A DNA stretch of 64,000 nucleotides, from assembly GCA_951406725.2 (NCBI GenBank), contig OX597824.1, positions 82,894,001 to 82,958,000 on the forward strand, in the 5' to 3' direction. The translations under genes were made by a program, and so were the position numbers. Numbering within the stretch: position 1 is the first letter of the stretch; each line of letters opens with the position of its first letter. The DNA is from Octopus vulgaris (taxonomy: Eukaryota). This document shows, in pieces, positions 51,215 through 64,000 of this stretch. Under the pieces are notes generated by a model. It saw only the letters and a list, made by a program, of their open reading frames with translations, was not told the DNA's origin and did no database searches.

Positions 51215-52139
51215 AAACATTAATCTTAATATATAAAGGATTGACAAAATATGTTTACTTTTGAACAGTTTAAAATGAAATATGCTTTACTGTCGTCTGC
51301 ACAAAAGAGAGAGTAGGAGAAAGAGAGCGATGGAGAAGTGATGTATATCTACGAATTTCTTTCTTTGAAAAATACTGTAACGTTTGAATTGCATCTTTAT
51401 TTTATTTCTTAATTCCTATGTATTCCCTGCATGCAGTCTGCCTATATTTAGGAAGCAATTTTTTTCCCCAAGATTCGTTAAAACTTTCATGTTTGGTTCA
51501 TTGTTCATATATTGGACTTTATCAAGTTCGTGAAACATCGTCACAAATTCTTTCTCTATTATTTTCTTCATTTCTTGTTCGTTTGCATCGATTTTTTTGA
51601 TTGACCACTTCTTACGTCTGCACCCTGCTGATCAACTTAAAAGAATCGTGATCAATTCATTCTTCATTGGGAGATTTTTCTATTGAATTTTTCTCATCAC
51701 TCGCAGACTCACCTGTTCTATGAAATTTCGTTGTGAATTCCTGTTCGAGTTTAGAATCTGACAAAGCAACAAGAGCGTGCAATAAAAGTTACTTTGATTT
51801 CTTTGGTTCCTCAAAGAATCTCATTTTCTATTGTAATTTTTTTTAAAATCGTCTCAGATAAGTCTATTACTGATACCATAATAATTCCTGCCCCTGAAAG
51901 TAGAAGATTTTCAGTAGCTGTTTTCTCTATTATCAAATATTACAGGGCTGTGTAAAGAACTGTAGGGTGCATCTCTTCATGGTCCCTATTCTGGTAGTTT
52001 TAAGCATGAGCAGGTATCCGCCCTTTACTCCGAAATCTTCAGGTGTCATGCGATACGTTTTCTTTACTTAACAGACAGTATTCGACAGTATCAAACAGTG
52101 TAATCTTGTTTTATTGTTAATATTACAATACTACCGAAA

Positions 52140-52368
52140 GCGGTGAACTGGCAGAATCGTTAGCACGCCGGTATTTCGCCCGTTTTTACGTTCTGAGTTC
52201 AAATTCCACCGTGGTCGACTTTGTTTTTCATCCTTTCGAGAGTCGATAAATTAAGTACCAATTTCTTTACTACCCACAAGGGGGCTAAACACAGAGAAGA
52301 CAAACAAGGACAGACAAACGGATTAAGTCGATTACATCGACCCAAGTGTGTAACTGGTATTTAATTTA
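52140..52368. mobile_element. SINE family B with an inverted 3' half
   Basis: 52140-52260 is the plus-strand 5' half; 52261-52368 is the minus-strand 3' half. Confidence 0.8.
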
Positions 52369-52395
52369 TATACATATGCGCATATATACATATAC

Positions 52396-52492
<97 letters not shown>

Positions 52493-52494
<2 letters not shown>

Positions 52495-52701
52495 CCATGT
52501 TGATTCGCTAGCTTCTGCACGCATTTTTTTTCTCTCCTTGTTTCTTTCTGTGTTTCTTTTCTGTGTATCTTTCTGTTGAAGAGCGTAGGCTCGAAACGTA
52601 AAAGACTTGTTTTATTTATATTCCTGAGCGCCATACTAATACAATTGTTTGTTTGTATTCCACCTGCCTTCGTCTTTTGTTTATTTTCATAAAGCTTCCC
52701 G

Positions 52702-52703
<2 letters not shown>
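52493..52703 (+). mobile_element. Penelope-like terminal-repeat fragment with a variant minimal hammerhead
   Basis: 52568-52605 reads TCTTT CTGTTGA A GAGC GTAG GCTC GAAAC GTA AAAGA; flanked by (TA)n on both sides. Confidence 0.7.
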
Positions 52704-52774
<71 letters not shown>

Positions 52775-53444
52775 TATACATACAATCACACACACATGCA
52801 CACACACGTATATATATGCGCATAATTCGGTTCATCACAGAGGGTATTTCTGATTTGTAGCAAGGAGAAAGAAAGAAACAAACAAACAAATAAACAAACA
52901 AAGGAAGGAAGATTCAAAATTGGCGAAATGTAGCATAAAACAGATAAGTTGTTATATACGAAGAGACTCTGTATTTTCAACGGATTAAAAGTACAGTCGA
53001 AGTCCTTAATACTGATAATACGCAATCGATGTCTAAAGGTTCAAATGTTTCTCTCGAAATTCCACATTTAATATTTTTAGAAGTGAAATAGGATCTTTTC
53101 TGTTGATGTCCCAGTTTTCTATTTCTATTTATTTTTTTAATTTGATCCAATTATTTTTTAAGTTTTGTGTAGTGATATAGTTTTGTATGTTAATTCTGAA
53201 AATGAAATTCGTTTTAGCTATAAAGCAATAAATAGTAAGTAAATAGCTTATCAGAAGCCACAGACACATTGAACCCTGTTTCCACAGTAACAAGCCAAGC
53301 TGACGTCTGCTTAAAACTATCACTACGTGTATTTTACTGACGTGTCTACTTTCTCTGACGGGTACCTATTTTCTGTACTTTTGGTTTTGAATTTTCTCTA
53401 CAAAAAATGTATTAATTGTTTATATAAACAGAACTCCAATAGAA

Positions 53445-53482
<38 letters not shown>

Positions 53483-53723
53483 TTTCGCAAAAACATTTCA
53501 TTGGAGGATTTTTGTTTTTAAATTGTCTACATCTTTGTTCCATTTTATCTGAATGAAAAACTTATGGGTTTTTTCTGTTGCTATTACAGTTTTCGAAATT
53601 TTAGAATTAAGGGAAATTTTTCATAGTTGGTATATCGATGTAATTTTTCGCACTAAATCTGATTTGGTTATTCACTTGCTCCAGAAAAATTCACTAAAAG
53701 TATGTTACTAATAGATCGAACTG

Positions 53724-53850
53724 ACCCTAAATCCCAATCACAAACCCTCAACTCCAACCCTAAACCCTGACCTTAAATCCTAACTTTAACTCTCAACCCT
53801 AAGCCCTAATACTAACCCTATAGCGCCCAACCATAACCCTAAACTCTAAC
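53724..53850. repeat. degenerate (CCCTAA)n telomere-like tract
   Basis: About 20 diverged hexamers (ACCCTA, CCCTAA, CTCTAA). Confidence 0.7.
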
Positions 53851-53957
53851 GTGGTTTGTTGTGTAATATTTTGCAAAAAAATTCTTTGGGGATTTTTAAA
53901 AATCATTTAATGCCTGTTCAACCGTTTCACATGATTTTATTCATTAAAACTTATAAA

Positions 53958-55081
53958 AGGAGTGACTGTGTGGTAAGTAGCTTGCTTACCAACTACATGG
54001 TTCCGGGTTCAGTCCCACTGCGTGGCACCTTGGGCAAGTGTCTTCTACTATAGCCTCGGGCCGACCAAAGCCTTGTGAGTGGATTTGGTAGACGGAAACT
54101 GAAAGAAGCTCGTCGTATATATGTATATATATGTGTGTGTTTGTGTGTCTGTGTTTGTCCCGCCCCCACAACATCACTTGACAACCGATGCTGGTGTGTA
54201 TACGTCCCCGTAACTTAGTGGTTCGGCAAAAGAGACCGATAGAATAAGTACTAGGCTTACAAAGAATTAGTCCTGGGGTCGATTTGCTCGACCAAAAGGC
54301 GGTGCTTCAGCTTGGCCACAGTCACATGACTGAAACAAATAAAAGAGTAAAAAAAAGAGTAAAAAAGTTTCAAAGTTTCTTACAATTTTCATTGTCGTAA
54401 TGTTTTGCTTTCGTTTTGTGATAGTTATGATGCAGAAAATGCCAGCTTCCAAATCCTTTAAACTTCAGTGACATTTTTATGAAACTTTTCTGGAACAAGT
54501 GAATAACAAAATCGCATTTGGCATGAAAACTTACATCAATATAACAAATTTAGAAGTTTCCACCTAATTTTAAGATTTCAGAAACTGTGACAATAACAGA
54601 AATGACCCGTGAAATAAAATTCCTTGAATAAAATTTTCACAATAACGAATTTTAATAAAGAGGTGAATAAACGTACACAATTACTCTTTTACTCTTTTAC
54701 TTGTTTCAGTCATTTGTCTGCGGCCATGCTGGAGCACCGCCTTTAGTCGAGCAACTCGACCCCGGGACTTATTCTTTGTAAGCCCAGTACTTATTCTATC
54801 GGTCTCATTTGCCGAACCGCTAGCTGATGGGGACGTAAACACACCACCATCGGTTGTCAAGTAATGCTAGGGGGACAAACACAGACACACAAACACACAC
54901 ACACACATACATATATATACATATATACGACAGTCTTCTTTCAGTTTCCGTCTACCAAATCCACTCACAAGGCATTGGTCGGCCCGGGACTATAGCAGAA
55001 GACACTTGGCCAAGATGCCACGCAGTGGGACTGAACCCGGAACCATGTGGTTAGTTAGCAAGCTACTTACCACACAGCCAC
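53958..55081. mobile_element. tail-to-tail pair of family A SINEs
   Basis: 53958-54362 on the plus strand and 54682-55081 on the minus strand. Confidence 0.92.
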
Positions 55082-55173
55082 AATTATGTTCTTTTCATTA
55101 ATATATTATGGTGGTTTTATTATGGCGGCATATTAGGCAGCGAGCTGGCAGAAACGTTAGCACGCCGGGCGAA

Positions 55174-55519
55174 TCCCTATTAATGAGCAAATAGATTGAT
55201 TTGTCATCTGTAGCTCGTCAGTTAGATCGTTAAAACAATGCATAATTATGTAGCAATAATATGTACCGAAAGAAAACGCGTGAGCTACATCCTTATAACA
55301 TTTATGCTTCAAAACAAGTGTGCAGGCGCATTCACACAGTCGGCAGCAAATAATTAATTTTTAAAAACTGCGTACTGTAAGCCTCAGAATTAGGAAGTTT
55401 TAATGTGTAAATCATAAGGTTAAAAAAAATTAGAATAATTTACTACCAGTGGTTCGCATGCGTAATAAAAGTCGACGAATTACAGATGACAAATTAATTC
55501 ATTTGCTCATTAATAGGGA
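55174..55519. mobile_element. MITE with ~45-bp TIRs
   Basis: TCCCTATTAATGAGCAAAT..ATTTGTCATCTGTA / TACAGATGACAAAT..ATTTGCTCATTAATAGGGA; it truncates a family B head at its left edge; TSD not resolved. Confidence 0.82.
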
Positions 55520-55687
55520 AACTAGAGTATGAGATTAAATAAAAATAATTCCTTTCATTCTACTGCTTTATCAGCGTGCCTTTTGAATTATTATTTTGTG
55601 GTTGGGTTTAACTGCCCTTTCTAGCATGTAAGAAGTCCTGCCAGAGGCCTTCTCTTTGTGTGTATATACATTTATACACCTTATATA

Positions 55688-55742
<55 letters not shown>

Positions 55743-56154
55743 GTCTGTGTTTGTCTACTACCACCGGTTGACAACAGGTGTTTGTGTGTTTATGTTCCCA
55801 GAACTTAACGGTTCGTCGAAAGAAACCGATAGAATAAGTGCTAAGTTTGAACAAAAAATAAAATAGGTACTGAGGTCGATTCCTTCGGGTAAAATTTCCC
55901 AAGGCTGTGCCCCAGCACAGCCGCAGTCTAATAACTGAAACAAGTAAAAGATAAAAGATATATATAATTTTACCTTAACCGGTTTATTACAGGTTAACTA
56001 CCAGATAAAATCATATCTAGATGTTATCCTCAATTTTAAGATATGCTAAAATATATATATAATTTCACATAAGCCAAAAGTATTCGCTACTGAATTATTT
56101 GTTCAAACGTGGCCGAAAATAAAGGAAACTGATTTCTGAATTATAATTTGTATA

Positions 56155-56515
56155 CTAGCAGTATCGCCGGGCGTTGCTCGGGTTTGTTTCGACCCTTTAG
56201 AATTGGAATTTTTGAAAAGTAAAACTTTTGCATTATGTAGCTTGTTATTCTCTTTTTCTGTTTGAAATACACCGAAAAATAGCGACACAGCAGTAAAAAA
56301 AATCGTAAAAAATAGGGATTTTCATAGAAAAAAAGCACCTTTTTGATGTTAACATGGTCCGATTTGAATATTTTCTTCTACGGAAGGATGAGCAAGCCTT
56401 CTTCTATCATACTCTCAATTTTGGTCAACTTGCGCTGCAGGATCTCGGAGGAGATAGTGTTAGTTGAAGGTTACCAAACCTGCCATACACAGGCAGCTTC
56501 AGCTTTATATAGAGA
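56155..56515 (-). mobile_element. non-autonomous Helitron (body type 2)
   Basis: Reverse-complement relative of 25222-25619 with A|TC and CTAG|T ends. Confidence 0.87.
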
Positions 56516-56957
56516 TAAGTACGAACAGTTGTATTTACGCTGTGAAGCTATTGTGTTTGTGGTGTATGTATAATTGTTCATTTTTACGTACATTGGGTTG
56601 TACTACACTGATGATGAGAAAAAATGGAGGTTTCTCTTTAATCCTGAAATCAATTCATATGTAATTAAACCTTTTCATGAATCTTTGCCCGAATTCGGCG
56701 TGTATATATTGTGATATTTTAAGATCGCTTAGAGACATTTGGCGTCTTCTTTAAGCATGTGGCTAAGCCAGCGTACTTACTCGCTTGCCAAACGCGGAGT
56801 AGATGAAACAGGGACAACTGATGAAGGGGAATATTCTTTATGTTGTATGTCTCGTTTCTATGTTTGTTTTATTCGTTGTTCGAAAAAAAAGTTCGTTTTC
56901 TATGTTTTTGTTTTTATGTTTTCGTTTCTCATTGTGTTCAACTAAAAGAAGCCCGTC

Positions 56958-57082
<125 letters not shown>

Positions 57083-57166
57083 GGTCCCGGGTTGATTCGG
57101 GGTTAACCACAGTAAGTAAGGTACTCAATACATAGCAGAGTAAAATTAATTTATTATATAGAAGGA

Positions 57167-57215
57167 GCTTCTACAGGACTAGTACTGTTTCATTCAAGAG
57201 AAATCTTCAGGAAGC
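57167..57215 (-). ncRNA. type I hammerhead ribozyme (Penelope-like)
   Basis: GCUUC-CUGAAGA-UUUCUCUUGAAU-GAAACAG-UACUAGUC-CUGUA^GAAGC: canonical core, 5-bp stem I, 4-bp stem III with palindromic loop ACUAGU, GUA cleavage triplet. Stem II opens with a U.U mismatch. Confidence 0.78.
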
Positions 57216-57216
57216 A

Positions 57217-57264
57217 GCTTCCTGAAGATTTCTCTTGAATGAAACAGTACTAGTCCTGTAAAGC
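57217..57264 (+). ncRNA. mirror copy of the hammerhead with a 1-nt deletion in stem I
   Basis: Same sequence but GUA^AAGC instead of GUA^GAAGC. Confidence 0.65.
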
Positions 57265-57282
57265 TCCTTCTATATAATAAAT

Positions 57283-57376
<94 letters not shown>

Positions 57377-57383
57377 ATATATG

Positions 57384-57525
<142 letters not shown>

Positions 57526-57580
57526 GGTGCCCCAGTATGGCCACAGCTATGAGCTGAAACTAGAATCAATCAATCAATCA

Positions 57581-57632
<52 letters not shown>

Positions 57633-57642
57633 TATATGTATG

Positions 57643-57676
<34 letters not shown>

Positions 57677-58039
57677 TGTATGTATGTATGTATATGTTTG
57701 TGTGTCTGTGTTTGTAGCCCCACCCTCAATTGACAACCAATGTTGGTGTGTTTACGTCCCCGTAACTGACCGGTTCAGTAAAAGATACCGAAAGTATAAG
57801 TACTAGGCTTACAAAGAATAAGAACTGGGGTTGATTTGTTCGACTAAAGGCGTTGATCCAGCATGGCCGCAGTCAAATGACTGAAACAAGTACAAAAAAT
57901 AAAATAGATACTCACACACACACGTACGTAGCATACATACATACACATGCATACATGCATATGTGTATGTTGCACATATGTGTATATACACACACACACA
58001 TACATACGTACATACATATATGTACGCAAGTGCACGCGT

Positions 58040-58078
<39 letters not shown>

Positions 58079-58508
58079 CACTGAAAGGCATTTAAATTCT
58101 CTTAAACGTGCAACAGACAAAAGGAAACATACTAAAGGTTACATACATCAAAATATGACAGACTCTGCCCAACTCTAAACCATTTCTCATCATCACGGTC
58201 ACTTTAACGTATCGATCACAAAAACCAGCGTCTTCAGCATATATCCTTCCCTTCTTAGCATCTTTTAGGCCAGCATGTGTCCAATTTCGAGGCTGCTTCA
58301 GATCCTAGCACGCGTTCGGTTCGTGTTTTGGCTGTGCATTTTCAATTGACTACGGCACGATTAGAAGGTGAAATCCGTTCCCAATTAGACAATGTTTAAA
58401 GAGACGATATTTCTCCCAAACACACGTATTCATAAGCGTACACTCACGCAAACATGTATGTGTTGTGTGTATTTTTTATGTCAGCGTATCCATGTGTGTA
58501 TGTGCGCT

Positions 58509-58575
<67 letters not shown>

Positions 58576-58864
58576 AAATACATACATATACGCACACTCT
58601 CACACACACACACATACACTCACTCACACACATATACATGTATGCATGTTACAAGTGCATGATATATATATGTGTGTGTGTGTGTGTGTGTATTTATAAG
58701 CACAAACACACTCCGATGCACTCATGCATATGCCTTGTAGGAATATATGATACAATGATATCAAACCAATGTAAAACATTCTATCTTAAAGATAGCGTGT
58801 TAGCACTAGTACGTATGTATGTGGTGGGGTGTATGCATGTGTTTATATGTGTATGTGTACATAC

Positions 58865-59006
58865 AGGAGTGGCTGTGTAGTTCCGCGTTCAGTCCCACTG
58901 CGTGGAACATTAGCAATTGTCTTCTATTATAGCCTCGGGCAGACCAAAGCCTAGTAAGTGGATTTTGTAGACAGATTTTGTAGACGAGAAGCCCGTCGTA
59001 TATATA

Positions 59007-59067
<61 letters not shown>

Positions 59068-59340
59068 TTGTGTGTGTGTATGTGTGTGTATGCGAGCTTA
59101 TGTGTGTGTCTTTGTGTCTGTGTTTGTCCCCCACCATCGCTTGACAACTGATGGTAGTGTGTTACTTAGCGGTTCGGCAAATATGACCAATTGAATAAAA
59201 GTACCAAGCTTACAAACAATAAGTCCAGGAGACGATTTCTTCGACGAAAAAAAAACAACCTTTTAAGGTGGTGCTCCAGCATGGTCGCAGTCAAATAACT
59301 AAAACGTGTATAAAAGAGTAAAAGAATCAAAGAATATAAG
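58865..59340 (+). mobile_element. SINE family A, diverged
   Basis: Head, TG tract, tail. Confidence 0.85.
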
Positions 59341-59956
59341 AATAATGCCAATAAACGGAATGATGCATGCGACATCGTCAACGATACGATAGATTTTACT
59401 ATCAATGAAAATTTGTATTAAAAAAATTTATTGGGACGTTGAAATAAATTCTAGGTTGTTGTTATTGACTAAGCGGCGTTTTGTTATAATGGATCCGGTT
59501 GAACAAAACCTGTTTGATGGAGCGTTCATCAAACGTGGAAACTCAAGCGAAAAGGCAATATGGCTTCGACTACTCTACGACATGTCGTAACATTTTGTTT
59601 TCGTGTGCGCGCGCGCGTATGTGTTTGTGTACACGTGTGTGTGCGCGCTCTCGCGTGTGTGCTTCTATGTATGTGTTTGGCGGTAAATGTAAGCTCTCGA
59701 GTATATACACACACGCTTACATATATACATGTATACATACGCATATACACTCACATATCTACTTGCATACACAAATATGTGTACTAACTATATGTGTGTG
59801 TGTGTGTGTGTACATGTAGGTATATATGTAGACATATACACACACACACACATGCACACACGCGTGCACATACACAAATACATACATGCACAAATACATG
59901 CATACATACGTACACACACACATACGTACATACATACATACATACATACATACATT

Positions 59957-60118
59957 GGCTGTGTGGTAAGTAGCTTGCTTACCAACAACATGGTTCCAGG
60001 TTCAGTCCCACTGTGTGACACCTTGGGTAAGTGTCTTCTACTATAGCCTCGGGCCGACCAAAGACTTGTGAGTGGATTTGCTTGACTGAAACTGAAAGAA
60101 GCCTGTCATATATATGTA

Positions 60119-60201
<83 letters not shown>

Positions 60202-60407
60202 TGTGTATCTGTGTTTGTCCCCCCCAACATCGCTTGACAACCGATGCTGGTGTATTTAGGCCCCCGTTACTTAGCGGTTCGGCAATAAGTACTAGGCTTA
60301 CTAAGAATAAGTCCTGAGGTCGATTTGATTCGACTAAAGGCGGTGCTCCAGCATGGCCGCAGTCAAATGACTGAAACAAGTAAAAGAATAAAAAGAATAA
60401 AAGAATA
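59957..60407 (+). mobile_element. SINE family A
   Basis: Head, TG tract, tail. Confidence 0.9.
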
Positions 60408-60587
60408 GAAAAACATACATACATACATACATACATAGAACATACATACATACATACATACATACATACATTCATACATACATACACATATGTATATTTA
60501 CTTACTAACTTTGACGACAGCTTCCTTCTCTAACTCTAAGCCGGCAAACGACCCCCCCCCCCCCAGCAAACCATGTAAACAAACAAC

Positions 60588-60657
<70 letters not shown>

Positions 60658-60999
60658 ATCAATAACACATATACCGTCGATTACTTATTGATCTTTTATT
60701 TTTTTGTTTTCTTCTTTCGCATTATTTTCTTTCTTCCTTCTCTCAACTCTCGCGTCCTCTTCCCTTTCTGATATTTTGTTTCTCGGTCAGAAAGGCCTGT
60801 ATATAAATGTGATGGAGTCTGTATTGTGTTCATGAGCAGACGACGATCGATGGTCGTCTGCTTCAGACAAATCAATGGCTATCGTTTGGACAGTTCAAGG
60901 GCGCCACAATAATCGCAGCCATTGTTGCTCCGTTTAACGTACAACAGAAACACGACTTTGTATATATGATTGATTCACCGTTTTCAATGTAATGTCTGT

Positions 61000-61502
61000 T
61001 TGTATGTGCGTGTGTGTGCGTGTGAGTGTGCGTGTGTATGTGTGTGTGTGTATGTGTGTGTGTGTATGTGTGTGTGTGTATGTGTGTGTGTGTGTGTGTG
61101 TGTGCTTGTGTCTGTGCATGTGTGTGTGTGTGTGCAAGCACGGATGGATCCCTGTGACTGTGCGTACGTTTGTGTGCATGCGTGTATGTGTGTGAATGCG
61201 TGCATGTATGAAATTCGTGCATGTGTGTGCATGTGAGCGTGTGTGTGTGTGCGTGCGTTCGTGTGGATGCGTGTATGTGCGTGCACTATGTACGCATGTG
61301 TATGCGTCCATGTGTCTGTGTGCGCGTTCGTGTGCGTGCAAGCGTGCGTGCGAGTCCATGTGCGCGCGTATATGTGTGTATGTGTGCGTGAGTGTTATCA
61401 CGTACGTGTATTTCTTCGTATACACACACACGTATATATGTATATAACTTTTATATATACTTCTGTATACCTGTGGGTGTATATATGCATGTGTTTGTAC
61501 AC

Positions 61503-61547
<45 letters not shown>

Positions 61548-61681
61548 CGTACATACATACATATATACATACATACACACATGCATATATGTACGTATAT
61601 ATGTATGTGTGTATATGTATATACATATATATATATATATCATATATATATATATATATATATCATATATCATATATATAT

Positions 61682-61747
<66 letters not shown>

Positions 61748-61881
61748 GTATGCCTACATGCATGAATGCATGTATGTAGTTACGTACGTATGTGTGAGCA
61801 CGTGTTTATGGCTGAGTGGTGTTTGAAAATGTGTATTTATTAACGGGTGCATGCATGCAAGGTGTGCGCGCGCGCGCGTGT

Positions 61882-61913
<32 letters not shown>

Positions 61914-62125
61914 AATAGAAAATAGAAGGTAGAGAGGAGACAGAGAAGGTTGAGAGAAAGAAACAGGTTATTAATCACTCTTCATCAAGCAGCCATTTTT
62001 TTTAACCGAACACGAACATAACACTTATACGCATGCGCGCACACGTACAACACATTCACGCATATAAGTAAGTATGTACATAAACATATACACATATGTA
62101 TGTATATAGATAAATACACACACAT

Positions 62126-62159
<34 letters not shown>

Positions 62160-62274
62160 TCATACATGCATGCATGCATACATACATACATACATACATA
62201 CATACATACATACATACATACATACATACATACATACATACATGCATGCATGCATACATACATACATACATACA

Positions 62275-62305
<31 letters not shown>

Positions 62306-62344
62306 GTATATACAAACTTATGCATGTGTATGAGTGTGTGCGTG

Positions 62345-62394
<50 letters not shown>

Positions 62395-62530
62395 CTGAGA
62401 GAGAGAGAGAGATATACACACGCATGCATATACATACACGAATACACAGAAACACAAACAACACACACACACACGCACACACACACACACGCACACACAC
62501 ACGCACACACACACACACACACACGCACAG
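61000..62530. repeat. degenerate (TG)n/(TA)n/(CATA)n microsatellite field
   Basis: Low-complexity tandem runs. Confidence 0.92.
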
Positions 62531-63026
62531 ATTAATTATTGGAATAAATTTTCACAATTGTAAAGAAAACATCTCGTCCATGTATAAAGTGGTTTAACAG
62601 AGATCTTAGAAAAAGCAAAAAAATAACTATATTTAGACCTATAATGTAATGATTATTGAGAACTGCTAAAAATACTTATTACGTTTTTAATCACAACCAC
62701 CAACTAATGAACGATATGCAAATTAGTCAACGATTGAACAAGATCGTGCATGATTTAAATATTGTTTCTTCTGATCTCCTCGTCTCACGTAGAAGCGAGA
62801 TGCGTTTTCAGGGTTTTTTCTGAAGCGGGGCCAATGAGCTATGAAGCATCCCATGTTTATCACTATGTTTTTCTATTTGCGACGAGAGAAATGATGAATT
62901 CACATTTATTTACTTACAGCAGCAGAGAAGATGTTACAAACTAGCCTAACTACTTGTAAATTTAGTTTAGCATAGATTGTTGTAATACACGTTGTTTGCG
63001 CATAAAAGCAATTATTAGTTGCGCGC

Positions 63027-63077
<51 letters not shown>

Positions 63078-63245
63078 CATATATATATATATATATGGAG
63101 AGAGAGATACACACACATGCATATATATATATATTTACAGTTCTATATTTAAGAGATGAATGACCTGAATAATAATAATAATAATAATAGTAATAATAAT
63201 AATAATAATGATAATAATAATAATAATAATAATAACAATAACAAC

Positions 63246-63279
<34 letters not shown>

Positions 63280-63471
63280 GCAATAATAATATTAATAATA
63301 ACGAGGGGGCAGCCATAATATATATATAAGATTAATCAGCCGAAATTGCGAAGATGATCCGGTTCTTGACTGATGACTGAGGGCTTCGAATGTCCCGTCC
63401 TGTGGTTCTTGTGTCGTCTTCTAGGTGTTTCACGTTCTTGTCCCAGTTTGTATATATTTTTTACTTTTTAC

Positions 63472-63519
<48 letters not shown>

Positions 63520-64000
63520 TCACACATACATATACATATATTCATAATCCACTGAAATGTATCGGTAACAAAAACATGATAATAATAATATTAGCGAAAA
63601 GCGGTACGCAGTATATAGCAGCACATTATATGTTGTTTGAGCTCATGATTGAATTTTTTTCAAAACTGTCCGCTCTGCGCTTGTTTGATCGCTGCAAAAC
63701 ATGATATCCCTCATTCTAAAAACATGATATCCCTTATTCTAAAGCATCTATCAAAGTCTCCTTTATTTCTAAATTGAAACTATATGAGATAAACATTTTC
63801 AGATGTCAACACCAACATTTGCATCGACTGGTATAACTTGAAAAATGAATTTGCTGGTGAGGATATGATTACCTCTCGTGACTAGTTGCAATCATCGCAT
63901 GACAATACGATACAGCGATTGCAAAATATCATTGCTTGGTCCGTTTGTCTGTCCTAGTTTAGTATAGCGACTGCTGCCGTCTTAAGACACGGATGCACTG

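Noticed and set aside
53724-53850. Telomere-like tract as a chromosome-fusion scar
   Set aside because: It is short, degenerate and in a single orientation, and a TTAGGG-bearing MITE in the same window offers a simpler source.
56812-56850. CTGATGAAGGGAATATTC hammerhead-like start; similar CTGATGA at ~63370 and GAAACCGGTT at ~8086
   Set aside because: Each has only half of the core. They may be decayed Penelope-like repeats but cannot be supported as ribozymes.

Overview
This is eukaryotic, non-genic DNA (intergenic or intronic), densely filled with microsatellites ((TA)n, (CA)n, (CATA)n, (GATA)n, (CAT)n, (CTT)n) and nested transposon relics. The repeat landscape suggests a cephalopod, probably Octopus; this is inference, not verified. 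I found no host protein-coding exon, rRNA, real tRNA gene or CRISPR array. Almost all ORFs in the supplied track are translations of microsatellites or SINEs. Supported elements: about 30 copies or fragments of a tRNA-headed SINE with an internal microsatellite (family A); three to four other tRNA-headed SINE families (B-E), several with clean target-site duplications (TSDs); decayed LINE pieces (CR1-group, RTE, RLE-type); a Ty3/Gypsy RT-RNase H fossil split by a Helitron and a SINE; three non-autonomous Helitrons; mariner, pogo and hAT relics; and several MITE or fold-back elements. Most notable: (1) Penelope-like inserts in (TA)n tracts carry type I hammerhead ribozyme motifs, including a 134-bp palindrome with one hammerhead on each strand (57149-57282) and three minimal hammerheads with non-canonical cores; (2) a 1.6-kb TSD-flanked retroelement with only an ORF1-like reading frame (Half-L1-like) sits inside a SINE tRNA head (36121-37738); (3) a GG-terminated MITE with an 8-bp TSD carries TTAGGG repeats; (4) a unique 32-bp palindrome is built as CCAAT-CArG-CCAAT (11655-11686); (5) an exact 268-bp local copy of a dead LINE fragment. 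Family labels A-E are mine. Coordinates were counted by eye and may be off by a few bases.
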